Assembly (NCBI RefSeq): GCF_006345805.1
Contig: NC_043001.1
Coordinates: 117,242,001 to 117,306,000 of the forward strand
Source: Octopus sinensis
Lineage: Eukaryota
DNA length: 64,000 bases
Direction: 5' to 3'
Positions 25,515-36,585 of the stretch are shown piece after piece. Under the pieces are notes generated by a model. It did not search any database. It was not told the origin of the DNA and saw only the letters and a list, made by a program, of their open reading frames with translations. Position 1 is the first letter of the stretch; every line of letters starts with the position of its first letter. A program made the position numbers and the translations under genes.

Positions 25515-26105
25515 GCAGTAAGCGGGCAGAATCGTCGGCGCACCGGGTAAAATGCTTAGCGGCATTTCATCTGTCTTTAGATTTTGAGTTCAAATTCCGT
25601 CGATGTCGACTTTGCCTTTTATTCCTTTCAAGGTGGATACAATAAATATCCTTTTCTACTTTAGGCACAAGGCCCGAAATTTTGGGGGAAAGGGCCAGTC
25701 GATTAGATCGATCCCAGTACGTAACTGGTACTTAATTTATCGACCCCGAAAGGATGAAAAGCAAAGTCGACCTCGATGGAATTTGAACTCAGAACACAGC
25801 GGCAGACGAAATACCTATTTCTTTACTACCCACAAGGGGCTAAACACAGAGAGGATAAACAAGGACAGACAAACGGATTAAGTCGAATATATCGACCTGA
25901 AAAGATGAAAGGCAAAGTCGACCTCGGCGAAATTTGAACTCAGAACGTAACGGCAGACGAAATATCGCTAAGCATTTTGCCCGGCGTGTTAACGTTTCTG
26001 CCAGCTCGCCGCCTTATAAAATAAATATCAAGCGAGCACTGAAGTCGATGTAATCGACTAGCTTGCTCTACCAATATTTCAGGCCTTGTGACTATAGTAG
26101 AAAGG
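25515..26105. mobile_element. Nested SINE family C: plus copy (25515-25635, 26030-26105) split by a minus, partly tandem copy (25640-26015)
   Basis: Head and tail of the plus copy flank reverse-oriented family C units. Confidence 0.7.
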
Positions 26106-29100
26106 AATATTGCTTTTGTTGATGTAGTAGGTTTGATCAAATGGATGCCTGTGTAAGAGGTCTGCAAAGAGGATGTTTTTTTTTAGGCAGATTAATTACC
26201 TTATGAAAAACTAAAAGTTGTTTTCTTCCAGGAAGACTTTCTATTATCAAAACTAGAGCTTGGGTAAGCTTATCCCATTACCTGGATTAGAATTAGAGGT
26301 TTGATTTAAGACATTTTAACTGTCTCAATGTCTTTGCCAATTAGCAATTTACAATATGTACATATGGTTGCAGACTGGAAGCTTGAGAAGTAGCAGGAAA
26401 AAGGTGCCTCCACAGAGGTTGGTAACAGTAACGCAATGACACACGCCTCCAAATTATTTTCAAAAGAAAAAGAATAAAAAATGTACAAAAAATAAAAAAC
26501 GACAACGAAGAATAAAAATATGCAGATAAAGCACCGAGCTTAGACACGTTACACTTGTAGAATAGGGTGGGACACAAAAAGATTAGAGCTGGAGCCATTC
26601 GTTTTAACGGAAAGACACTGCGATCAGTAACGACATCAACAACATTCTATCTTTTGCAAATGTCGTGGGTAAAAAGGAGCGACTTGACATGAAGCAGCTT
26701 AAGGAAAGGGACTGGAAAAATATGTCCCAATAGCGTCTCCTTGCGTAGCAAATTTATCCAAGAAAGGACAAGGAGGTGTCTGTTTACATAAGTCTGTTTA
26801 CAAAAAAACTGAAGGGAACTTCAAAATTTCCTGGAAAGAGGAGCTGGAGTAAGGTCTGACCGATGTGTGGTATGAAGTTTCAGTAATATGAAGACCGGGT
26901 AAGAATGCAACAGTTTTCTGGAAATGTGTGTAGGGTTAAGGGGTTTGGTATTCGTTTAGGATGGGAATGTGTTCTGCTGTACCATACATGTAGCGTTTTT
27001 TCGGGATAGGGATGCTGGGCAGATGTTCGAACATCTAATCATGTTAGGTTGCATAAGTGCCGCCGGCGCGTTCGTTGTGTATGCTTTGGTTAAACCCTTC
27101 GTGTAGGTGTACTACATGTGTGGGGGTTTATTTTGGTGGGGAAAGGCGGTGTTAGGCGGATGTCTGAACGCTAAGACCCATACTAAGGCACATATGTGAT
27201 CGTTTTTGTATGATTTGGTTAAACTCATTGCCGAGTTCTCAAGTTTTTGTGGTGAAAGAGCCGAAGGGGGAGAACTGCTACTTACAGTCATGATGGAACC
27301 CGCAGGTACGGTAAAATATATTTTCTTTCCCCTGGGCAAGTTCTAAAAATTTCCTTTCTGCAGTTTAGATAGATGTCTGGGTGCTGATAGTGTATATAAT
27401 ATCATTCAACTAAGGCCGCAATTTACTCACATGCAGCATCTTTCAGAGCTTGTTGTTAATTCAGTTCTTAATCAAATTGAAAACTGTTAACATTTTTGAA
27501 GAGGACTGCTCCCTAGCTACATTTCGGCATAACAAAATTGAGATTTTATCTAATAGAAAAAAGTTTACCTCAAAATTTGTAGCAACGTTATAGGAGAGTA
27601 AGTAACGCTACCATTCAAGTTTAGATCTAAATAACTTTTTTTTATATTTTAAAAGAAAAATATATTTATCTTAGCTTCAATGATAGAAGAAAGCATGAAG
27701 AATTTCATAGTTTTGTTCTCATGCAACAGAAATTTGTATTAAAAAAGTTGTGTGGTAAAATATCATGAAAAAAAAAAGCCCAGACAAAAAATTGGATTTA
27801 AGTATAATTAACTTTTTTATATTAAAAACAAACTATATTTTAATAAAGCTTAAATGATAGAGCTCAATTCGAGGCATTGTATCAATCTCCTACAATGAAG
27901 TTTTAAAAGAAAAAAAGTTATAAGTGTTTGTTTCTCAAAATTGAGGGTGATAATATAGTTTTATACTTTTTAATGAATATAGTTCTATAAGGGGAGATTC
28001 GATATATGCCACCGGCGTCATTGAGGTAAGGAAAAAAATTATCAACGACACCGTTAATTGACACATTTGACTCATTTGACAAATTTTTACTTAAAATATT
28101 GCAGCTAAAGATATATTGCGCGTCTTACTTAAACCCTGTAGAGTGCCAGCGGCTGTTGGGAGCAAATAAATTTTCTGGCCCGAAAGAGAGAAACTAATCT
28201 ATGGGATGCAGATCTATACTAAAGATATACATTCATCGGGAGAGATTCTTAGTGATAGTGAAACACAGCATTTGGAGCAATTTTGGGGATTCTAATCGCG
28301 TGTCACCCATGTTTAAAGGTTTTGTGGCACGGGAGTGTTTTCTTGGTGTGAGTGGTGCTTGAATTTTTTGCTGTTAAATGAAACAAGGTTGGTCTGGCCC
28401 CACTGGAAGATACTCACATGGTCTCCGTTTCCAAAATCAATGCAAGTTTGGCGTGTGGTGTGTAGGTTTCGTGCAGATAATCCATGTTTAGGGAGAGTTA
28501 GGGAGGAGTGAAGGCTCTTGTCATCTGTATAGGAGGGGTGTTGTTGAAAGTGGCGACAATTTTTTCAATGAGATCAATTGAAACGCTCGCAATGAATAAA
28601 GCGAAATATAAATTGGCTTTTTGAAATTACCTCATCAGACTCTTCTCCTTAGTTATAACCAAAATCAAGATATATACGGCTTATTCAGTTTTAAGTGTGC
28701 AATACAAGTAGTTGTGAGTTTCACGTTGCTTGGATATTGAACCCTAATCCATATGTTAACGTGTTGCATTCTTCAGATTATAAAGTATGTGTATGTGTAA
28801 ATGTGCATGGGGTGTGTGTGCGCGTGTGTATGTGTGTATGTGCGTGCATGTGATATATGCCATTCCCTTTTATATACTTTCATTCTGAAGTGAATTCGGA
28901 GAAAACGAACTGTCTACGGTCAATTGTATTGCAATGGCTTTATCGTTAAAAACTTCATGTTATAATTCATAGATATCCTAGTGCGATGGCACATTAATGC
29001 TTCACAGAAGGATGATACACCTAAGAAACATATTAAGGTTGCACACGAAGGTGATACGTCAAGGTACTAAACAATGTAAATATTGTATAACATTAAAATG

Positions 29101-29699
29101 ATAACTATCAGGCCGAGCGCGAACTAATGTGGTGAAACATAAAAAACATTTCGAAGTGAAGGAAAACATGTGAAGAGGAAAAAAAACATAAAAGATGGGA
29201 AGTAAAAGAGCAGGAGAGAAAAGATCCTGTTTCTAATGAGAATAAGAGCAACAGAACTTGAAAAGGAGTCTATCGCTAAACGCAACAAGCATGACATCTA
29301 CTGACACTGGCTTACTTCGGATGCATATACCCATGCAGACGCGCGCGCACACACTCACACTCACACATTTTATAATCTTGAAAGAAAGAATTACGAAAGA
29401 ACAACTCACTCCCTAACTATTCTTTGTATTACACAGTGCATTTGCTCAGGGATTTTGATGCCGATGCTTTTATACGTATCTGACGGACGAATGGGTCAGG
29501 GGATGCCTAATGGTGGGGATACGAGTCCAGCATGTTTTGAGGGGCAAGAACCACTGTTGTAGCGACAGAAAAAAAAAAGACAGAGAGAAGAGACTTCACC
29601 ATGTGAAGGTTCAGTGGGTTTGTGTGTTGTCACTAAAAATTATTTTAGTCAGCAATAACAATGCTAACCCTGTTACTGTTTTCTAAACTAATTCTATAT

Positions 29700-30030
29700 C
29701 AATACAATTGCATCATAAGTGATATTTTTGAGTGTCAGAGAGTTTTGGCTCTTTCAGCATTAAACCCCTCCGCCCGGTTAACTCAGCTGGGGTTGATCAA
29801 GTCACAACTGGCGTCCCAGTCTTCCCTCTTCATCCAAAGTCATCCAATGGCCTCCTGTACAGCTTCACTAATGGAAATTATGGTCTTCCTCTTTGCTTCA
29901 CAAATAACTTCAAACCTAAACAGCTTTGCACAATGCTCGCCCCGTAAAAGCTCATTTCAATTTCCTCCAAGAAGTGCCCTGCTAGCCATAGTTCCTGCAC
30001 TGCTCTCCTCCAGCTCCTGGTATATGGAGA
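29700..30030 (-). mobile_element. Probable HERO/NeSL-like LINE 3' end
   Basis: Minus translation ...AKRKTIISISEAVQEAIG*LWMKR resembles the HERO-type C-terminus (ISEAAE.AS.WLW.KR; recalled). Confidence 0.5.
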
Positions 30031-30679
30031 GCGTCTTATAATAAACCTCCTGTTCTCTTCTTTCCAGGACAGTTAGTTCCCATATGATTACCTATTTGGT
30101 GGAGGTTTTGATCTCAATGTCTTAGCAGATGAATATAAGAAGCGCATCCGCAACTGCTTGAAAAAATTTTTTGAATAAACGAACGAACAAAATAGACAGC
30201 ACAGATCCTTATGGCTATTTGCTGGAGTTTGAGATTTAAGTGATTGAATTAGCGATAGTTTTTTAGATTAAAGTAAAAATCTGTCAGCTAGGTTATTGTG
30301 ACCTTTGAATGTAACGTCATGTTTGTTTTGTTGGATAGACATGTCAGCATTGGAAACTCCTCAACCATACTGCTGAGTGGTTGCTCAGCTAGCTGGTTGT
30401 TTATCTTCAGGTCAGCTCCGGTCAAGTTGACCTATGATCGAAACCATTCGAACCATGACCATATTTATTTATTTCTTTATTTATTTAAATAATTATTTAT
30501 TTATCAAACCAGTAAGAGAATGCTCTGGAACCTATGCATCACAAAATTAACCTCCAGTCATAACGTTATAGTTTTGGGTTTTAGAATAAAATGAAGCATC
30601 AGTAACCTGTTTTGTATACATATTTACACACACATGAAAGCGCCAATGCCATCTATTTGACGGTGCTATGATGTCTTAC

Positions 30680-30810
30680 GTCTATGTGACTTTGGATGAA
30701 GTGGGAAGGCTGGGACGCCAGTTGTGACTTCATCAACCTCAGCTGAGTTAACCGGGCAGAGGGGTTTAATGCTGAAAGAGCCAAAACTCTCTGACACTCA
30801 AAAATGTCAC
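30680..30810 (+). mobile_element. Inverted second copy of the same LINE 3' UTR
   Basis: Reverse complement of about 29720-29850 at high identity. Confidence 0.75.
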
Positions 30811-30845
30811 GCGCGTGTGTGTATGCATGCATATATACACATACA

Positions 30846-30927
<82 letters not shown>

Positions 30928-30937
30928 GCGTATATAA

Positions 30938-31102
30938 GGGCAGGCGTGGCTGTGTAATAAGAAGCTTGCTCAACCTCAAGCGCGTAGTTCAGCGTTCATT
31001 CTCAGTGTGTGACACCTTGGGCAAATGTCTTCTACTCTAGCCTCGGGTTGTCCTAAGCCTTATGACTAGATTTCGTAGACGGGAACTGACAATAAGCCCG
31101 TC

Positions 31103-31136
<34 letters not shown>

Positions 31137-31293
31137 GTGGCTATGTGGTTGCTTTCCAACCACATGGTACCGGGCCCACTCCCACTGCGTGGCATCTTAG
31201 GCAAGTGTCTTCTACTATAGCCTCGGGCTGACCAAAACCTTGTGAGAGGATTTGGTAGACGGAAACTGAAAGAAGCCCGTCGTATATATATAT
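30938..31293 (+). mobile_element. Two tandem SINE family A 5' halves (30938-31104, 31134-31293), each ending in (TA)n
   Basis: Both end GAAGCCCGTCG/TAAGCCCGTCG plus TATA; the second one's TA tract is the insertion site of the 487-bp array. Confidence 0.8.
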
Positions 31294-31664
31294 AATGTTT
31301 TTTAATTTTCTCCTGGTTTACGGAATTGATGTTATTTTGCGGTTGAAGCCTTGGCTGTTATTTCTAGTGGGTGAATGGCCTATTATGGCCGTTCCTTGAT
31401 TGTGATGTTGAACTTAAAAATGGTCTATGACTATTTAATTTTTTCCCACTAGGCCGCTGGTGGCAAAAAAATTCTACAAAATTTTTTGCCACCCTATATT
31501 GATTAATTATGAATTTTCTGGTTAATTCCGTAATGGAATCGGCGGCTTATATTTATTTGCTGCCGATAAATTTGGCGCGAGTGCGATGATTTGAAAATTT
31601 TAGGTCAGATATTGCCGAGGCAGGGACGGAAATGCCTCGTGAAAATATCTGTTCCGACTTGGCT

Positions 31665-31771
31665 ATTTCTTACTGATGATTCTAAGGGCCTATGGATTAT
31701 TGGCTTGATTTAATTTAATCAGGTTAGTTTACCATTAAACAGTAGATGAAACGGTGCATCGTATAAGAAAT
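31665..31771 (+). ncRNA. Type I hammerhead ribozyme, copy 1; predicted cleavage after GUA at 31763
   Basis: Helix I ATTTCTTA(31665-72)/TAAGAAAT(31764-71), 8 bp; CTGATGA 31673-79; helix II TCTA/TAGA with a long insert; GAAA 31748-51; helix III ACGG/TCGT with TGCA loop. Confidence 0.8.
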
Positions 31772-32151
31772 TACAGGGTAAATGTTTTTTAATTTTCTCC
31801 TGGTTTACGGAATTGATGTTATTTTGCGGTTGAAGCTTTGGCTGTTATTTCTAGTGGGTGAATGGCCTATTATGGCCGTTCCTTGATTGTGATGTTGAAC
31901 TTAAAAATGGTCTATGACTATTTAATTTTTTCCCACTAGGCCGCTGGTGGCAAAAAAATTCTACAAAATTTTTTGCCACCCTATATTGATTAATTATGAA
32001 TTTTCTGGTTAATTCCGTAATGGAATCGGCGGCTTATATTTATTTGCTGCCGATAAATTTGGCGCGAGTGCGATGATTTGAAAATTTTAGGTCAGATATT
32101 GCCGAGGCAGGGACGGAAATGCCTCGTGAAAATATCTGTTCCGACTTGGCT

Positions 32152-32258
32152 ATTTCTTACTGATGATTCTAAGGGCCTATGGATTATTGGCTTGATTTAA
32201 TTTAATCAGGTTAGTTTACCATTAAACAGTAGATGAAACGGTGCATCGTATAAGAAAT
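32152..32258 (+). ncRNA. Type I hammerhead ribozyme, copy 2; predicted cleavage after GUA at 32250
   Basis: Identical to copy 1, offset by 487 nt. Confidence 0.8.
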
Positions 32259-32375
32259 TACAGGGTAAATGTTTTTTAATTTTCTCCTGGTTTACGGAAT
32301 TGATGTTATTTTGCGGTTGAAGCTTTGGCTGTTATTTCTAGTGGGTGAATGGCCTATTATGGCCGTTCCTTGATT

Positions 32376-32410
<35 letters not shown>

Positions 32411-32649
32411 TCAATTCGAGGATGTTAGATCCACATTAGGGATTATATAATCCAAAGCATCTCACTAGTTAATCATTATCATATAATGAGAAAGTCTCTG
32501 CGATGTGTTAGGAATCATTATAGTAATACATATTATTAATATTGAAAGAAAGAAAATGAAGAAAGATGGATGTATGAATAATTTATTTGCATGATATAAA
32601 GATGTTGAAATTTTTACAAAATAACAATACTAATAAATTATAAGTTGTA

Positions 32650-33716
32650 AAGTTCAAATGGAAATGGGAAATGCCAAAAATACCAACATATATGTTTCAG
32701 TTCTAGCCCTAAGAACTGAAGAAAAGTATCATTTTTAACTAAATGGAGCAGAACTTCTTCAGGGTTACTTTGAGCTAACAGAACAAAGGTTAACATATTT
32801 CTTGAAAAGTTGCATACAAAATTTTGTATGCATCCTTTCAAGAAATGTGTTCTATAAGCAAGGGAATCCGAGCTTTGGCGAGGGAGATGGGTGCTGGAGT
32901 CGCCACCATGAAATTGGTTCTGTATTAGAACTGCCGCTACCGTTCGTACAAGAAGTGCAAGGGATAAATTCTGACACAAAGCCTAAGAGAACCACTTTAT
33001 GAAGGCAAAGATGCCCCTGAACATGCTGAGGATGATCTGTTTTTTTTTTCAGATGAAAACTTTGCCAGAACCAGTGTCACAACACCCAGAACAATAGGTG
33101 GCTTGCCTACAATCTATGTGATATTCCATGTATCATGAGAACCAACTTTCCTGAAACTATGGTGGTTTTGGGTGTGTCTCCAGTGATGGTGTCGTTATGC
33201 CGCTCCATACATTTGAACAAAGAGGCCTTAGGCTCCATTCAGACCCTGGAGACCGTGGGCAAAGCCTGCATGGAGAGGGTTACTGCTGGAAGGCGATGTG
33301 TGGCAGAAGGATTCGGTTCCTTACCCTTACCATACCTCAGGAGAGAGTCAGAAGTAGTTGTTGGAGAATTTCACGACTTCACTATCCCCAATTTCTGGTC
33401 TCCTAATTTCCCTGATTGCAATTCCATGGATTACTGTGTGGGGGGTGAGGTCGGGAAAGACACCAAGTGCTTTGCCTGTAAGAATAAGGACGAACTTGGT
33501 GGCCAAGATCAAGGTGTTTGTTTGATGATCTGCTTAGGAACACAATAAGGAATGCATGCGCCAGGTTTCGAAGCCGTCACAAAGGTGTGGTAGAAGCTGA
33601 GTATGCTGTTACCTTCCAGCCATTTTCTTGGTTTTTAAAAATGCTCTTATTTTTGGATGGGATATTGTTTTCTTTTCCTTTTATACGCACTGTCAAATGT
33701 AGCCTGAACAACCTGT
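32650..33716 (+). mobile_element. maT / DD37D-type Tc1-mariner transposase pseudogene
   Basis: SIRALAREMG HTH, FFSDE, NTQNNRWLA, VWQKDS, FWSPNFPDCNSMDYCV (cf. WPP.SPD.NP.DY), NACARFRSR; multiple frameshifts. Confidence 0.8.
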
Positions 33717-33861
33717 ATGTATGCATATACATACGCACACACACATATGTATATATATATATATATATGTATGCATATAGATATATATATTTGTGTGTAC
33801 GTATGTATGTATGTGTGTATGTATATACATACACACACATATGTGTATATGTATATATGTA

Positions 33862-33924
<63 letters not shown>

Positions 33925-34070
33925 TATTAATTCAAAGAACTAATTTCTATACTCTGTACATCTTATCCCTACCCAGTAAACGCGTATAGTCAGCGGGAGA
34001 GAACTCTGTTTTAATGCTGCAAAGAAAATTATGACTCCGCGGAGAGTAGAAATACAAATGATATATATAG

Positions 34071-34240
34071 TTCAAATTTACAGAAAACAAAAGACGAAGA
34101 TAGGTATAAGAACAACAAGCAGGTGTTTTAGTTTAATGCTCGGGAAGAATGGAAAAGTCTCTTATGTTTCGAGTCTACGCTCTTCGACAGAAAGGATGAA
34201 GAGGAAAAAAAACGGAGAGAGAAAAAAATGCGTAAAGATT
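34071..34240 (-). mobile_element. Solo Penelope pseudo-LTR with degenerate hammerhead core
   Basis: Same family as 1790-1970; CTGTCGA-A-GAGC-GTAG-ACTC-GAAA; abuts (TA)n. Confidence 0.7.
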
Positions 34241-34251
34241 AACGGTTCAAC

Positions 34252-34305
<54 letters not shown>

Positions 34306-34392
34306 CTGTGTGTGTGTGTGCGTGTGTGTGTGTGTGTGTGTGTTTTTATATGTATATATATATACACACACACATACACATATGCGTGTATG

Positions 34393-34423
<31 letters not shown>

Positions 34424-34594
34424 GTATGTATAAACCTCCGTAGGGAAAGCAAATACCAAAACAAAACTACACCTGGGCCGAGGAGTTCTTGCAAACGATG
34501 ACACCATTGGCTTTCAGAGAGAACCACAACCAATCATTAGGGAACTAACGAGGACAAGTTTGAATAACCAGAGACTATTGGATAGAATCCGTTT

Positions 34595-34790
34595 CTACTC
34601 TAGTCGCAACGCCTGAAAATTTGAAGTTGGGGGGTGGGGGTGGAGCCAGTCGATTACATCGATCTCAGTGCTAAACTAGTTCTTGTTTTTATCGACCCTC
34701 AAAGGAAGAAAGGCAAAGTTGACCCCGGTGTGACTTGAATTGAGACCGTAATGTATCGGAAGAAATGTCGCTAAGAATTTTGTCCGAATT
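34595..34790 (-). mobile_element. SINE family C, diverged
   Basis: Reverse complement of the central motif. Confidence 0.65.
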
Positions 34791-34837
34791 TTGTCGAAAT
34801 TAGGAAATACTGGAAGCTAGTAAATCACGAGAAGTTT

Positions 34838-35282
34838 TGTCTTTATGTTTTACTTGTTTCAGTCATTGGAAAGCGGCCATGCTAGGGTACGGCCTTGAAG
34901 AGTTTAGTCGAACAAATCGACCTCGGGGCTTATTTTTACGTCTAGGACTTATTCTATCGGTCTCTTTCAACGAACCGCTAGGTTACAAGGACATAAACAA
35001 ATACTGGTTGTCAGTCGTTGATAGGGACAAACACAAATATACGCACACACACATACATACATACATACATACATACATACATACATACATACATACATAC
35101 ATACATACACACGCACACACGCACACACACGCACGCACACACACGCACACACACACACACACGCTCACACACACCAAATTCTCTCACAAGGCATTGGTGA
35201 CACTTACCCACGGTGCCTCTCAGTGACACTGAACTGGAAACCACGTAGTTGCTAAACGAGCGTCGTAACTACACAGACGTGC
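34838..35282 (-). mobile_element. SINE family A, diverged
   Basis: Family A 3' and head motifs with internal microsatellite. Confidence 0.7.
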
Positions 35283-35494
35283 CTGAACTTGAAATATTAC
35301 GTTAAGGAAACTAAAGTTTTGCCGATTAGACATTTGGCGGAAGTTCACGTGACACCAGAAAAAGCAGGGTACCAGAAAATATATCCACAGCAAGAGCTAG
35401 ATGGATAAAAAAAGGCACGTCTAATCAATGGATTGATACGCGGGAAGTAGCTACAGACTATCTAAATAAATAAGAAAAATCTGGGTCAATACTC

Positions 35495-35715
35495 TTACTC
35501 TCTTTTACTCTTTTACTTGTTTCAGTCATTTGACTGCGGCCATGCTGGAGCACCGCCTTTAATCGAGCAACTCGACCCCGGGACTTATTCTTTTGTAAGC
35601 CCAGTACTTATTCTATCGGTCTCTTTTGCCGAACCGCTAAGTAACGGGGACAACACACCAGCATCGGTTGTCAAGCAATGCTAGGGGAACAAACACAGAC
35701 ACACAAACACACACA

Positions 35716-35759
<44 letters not shown>

Positions 35760-35926
35760 TACGACGGGCTTCTTTTCAGTTTCTGTCTACCAAATCCACT
35801 CACAAGGCTTTGGTCGGCCCGAGGCTATAGTAGAAGACACTTGCCCAAGGTGCCACGCAGTGGGACTGAACCCGGAACCATGTGGTTGGTAAACAAGCTA
35901 CTTACCACACAGCCACTCCTGCGCCT
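35495..35926 (-). mobile_element. SINE family A, full length, consensus-like
   Basis: Complete reverse complement of the family A structure. Confidence 0.9.
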
Positions 35927-35939
35927 ATTTAATCTGTAC

Positions 35940-36170
35940 AATTAAATCTAAAATGCTGATACACGCCAAATAGTAAAAAGTAAGCAAAAGAAAATCGTTA
36001 AAAACGTAAAAGTGTAGTAAGAAAACTTACAAAGATCGCATAAAAAGGCGGAAGAGGAATCATAAATATATTTTGAAGGAATCGTGGGAGACAGAATGGG
36101 AAATCTGTGAGTATAGAGTGATACTGATGGACTCTTCCGTCGAGGATGATGTATGAGCGTTCGGCTTTTG
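35940..36170 (-). mobile_element. Possible CR1-like LINE 3' end, decayed
   Basis: Weak resemblance to the RT..Y..SFF..T..LW..LP..FP C-terminal pattern. Confidence 0.35.
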
Positions 36171-36351
36171 CTGAACGGCCTGGGCAAATGATGTTAATAC
36201 TGATCAAATGTCCGTGGCGCACTTTAACTCACTCGCTCCATCACATCGACGTTGTCTGAACGTTAGATGAAATTTTTTGCTCAAGAACACAACGTGCCAA
36301 CCGGTCGTAGGAATTGAAACCATGATCTAGCGATTGTGAGTGCAACACCTT

Positions 36352-36585
36352 AACCTATTTCTTTACTACCCACAAGGGGCTTAACACAGAGGAGACAAAC
36401 AAGGACAGACAAATGGATTAAGTCGATTACATTGACCCCAGTGCGTAACTGGTACTTAATTTATCGACCCCGAAAGGATGAAAGGCAAAGTCGACCTCGG
36501 CGGAATTTGAACTCAGAACGGCAGACAAAATACGGCTACGCATTTCGCGTGCTAACGTTTCTGCCAGCTCGCAACACCTTAACCA
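36352..36585 (-). mobile_element. SINE family C
   Basis: One 184-type unit plus head. Confidence 0.8.

Larger units (their letters stand above)
31294..32380 (+). mobile_element. Retrozyme-like non-coding tandem repeat, 487-bp period, about 2.2 copies, hammerhead in each full unit
   Basis: AATGTTTTTTAATT at 31294, 31781, 32268; only one substitution noticed between copies (GAAGCCTTGG vs GAAGCTTTGG); no ORF of 60 aa or more; (TA)n on both flanks. Confidence 0.85.

Noticed and set aside
28128-28290. piggyBac-like TTAA-ACCC end
   Set aside because: No matching opposite TIR or transposase motif found.
28973-29063. Possible exon ILVRWHINASQKDD...
   Set aside because: Weak acceptor, no recognisable protein, no support.
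31294-32380. Second (minus-strand) ribozyme or protein coding in the 487-bp unit, as in viroid-like or Obelisk-like agents
   Set aside because: No TCNTCAG on the plus strand, so no antisense CUGANGA; no ORF of 60 aa or more in the track. Other ribozyme classes were not excluded by eye.
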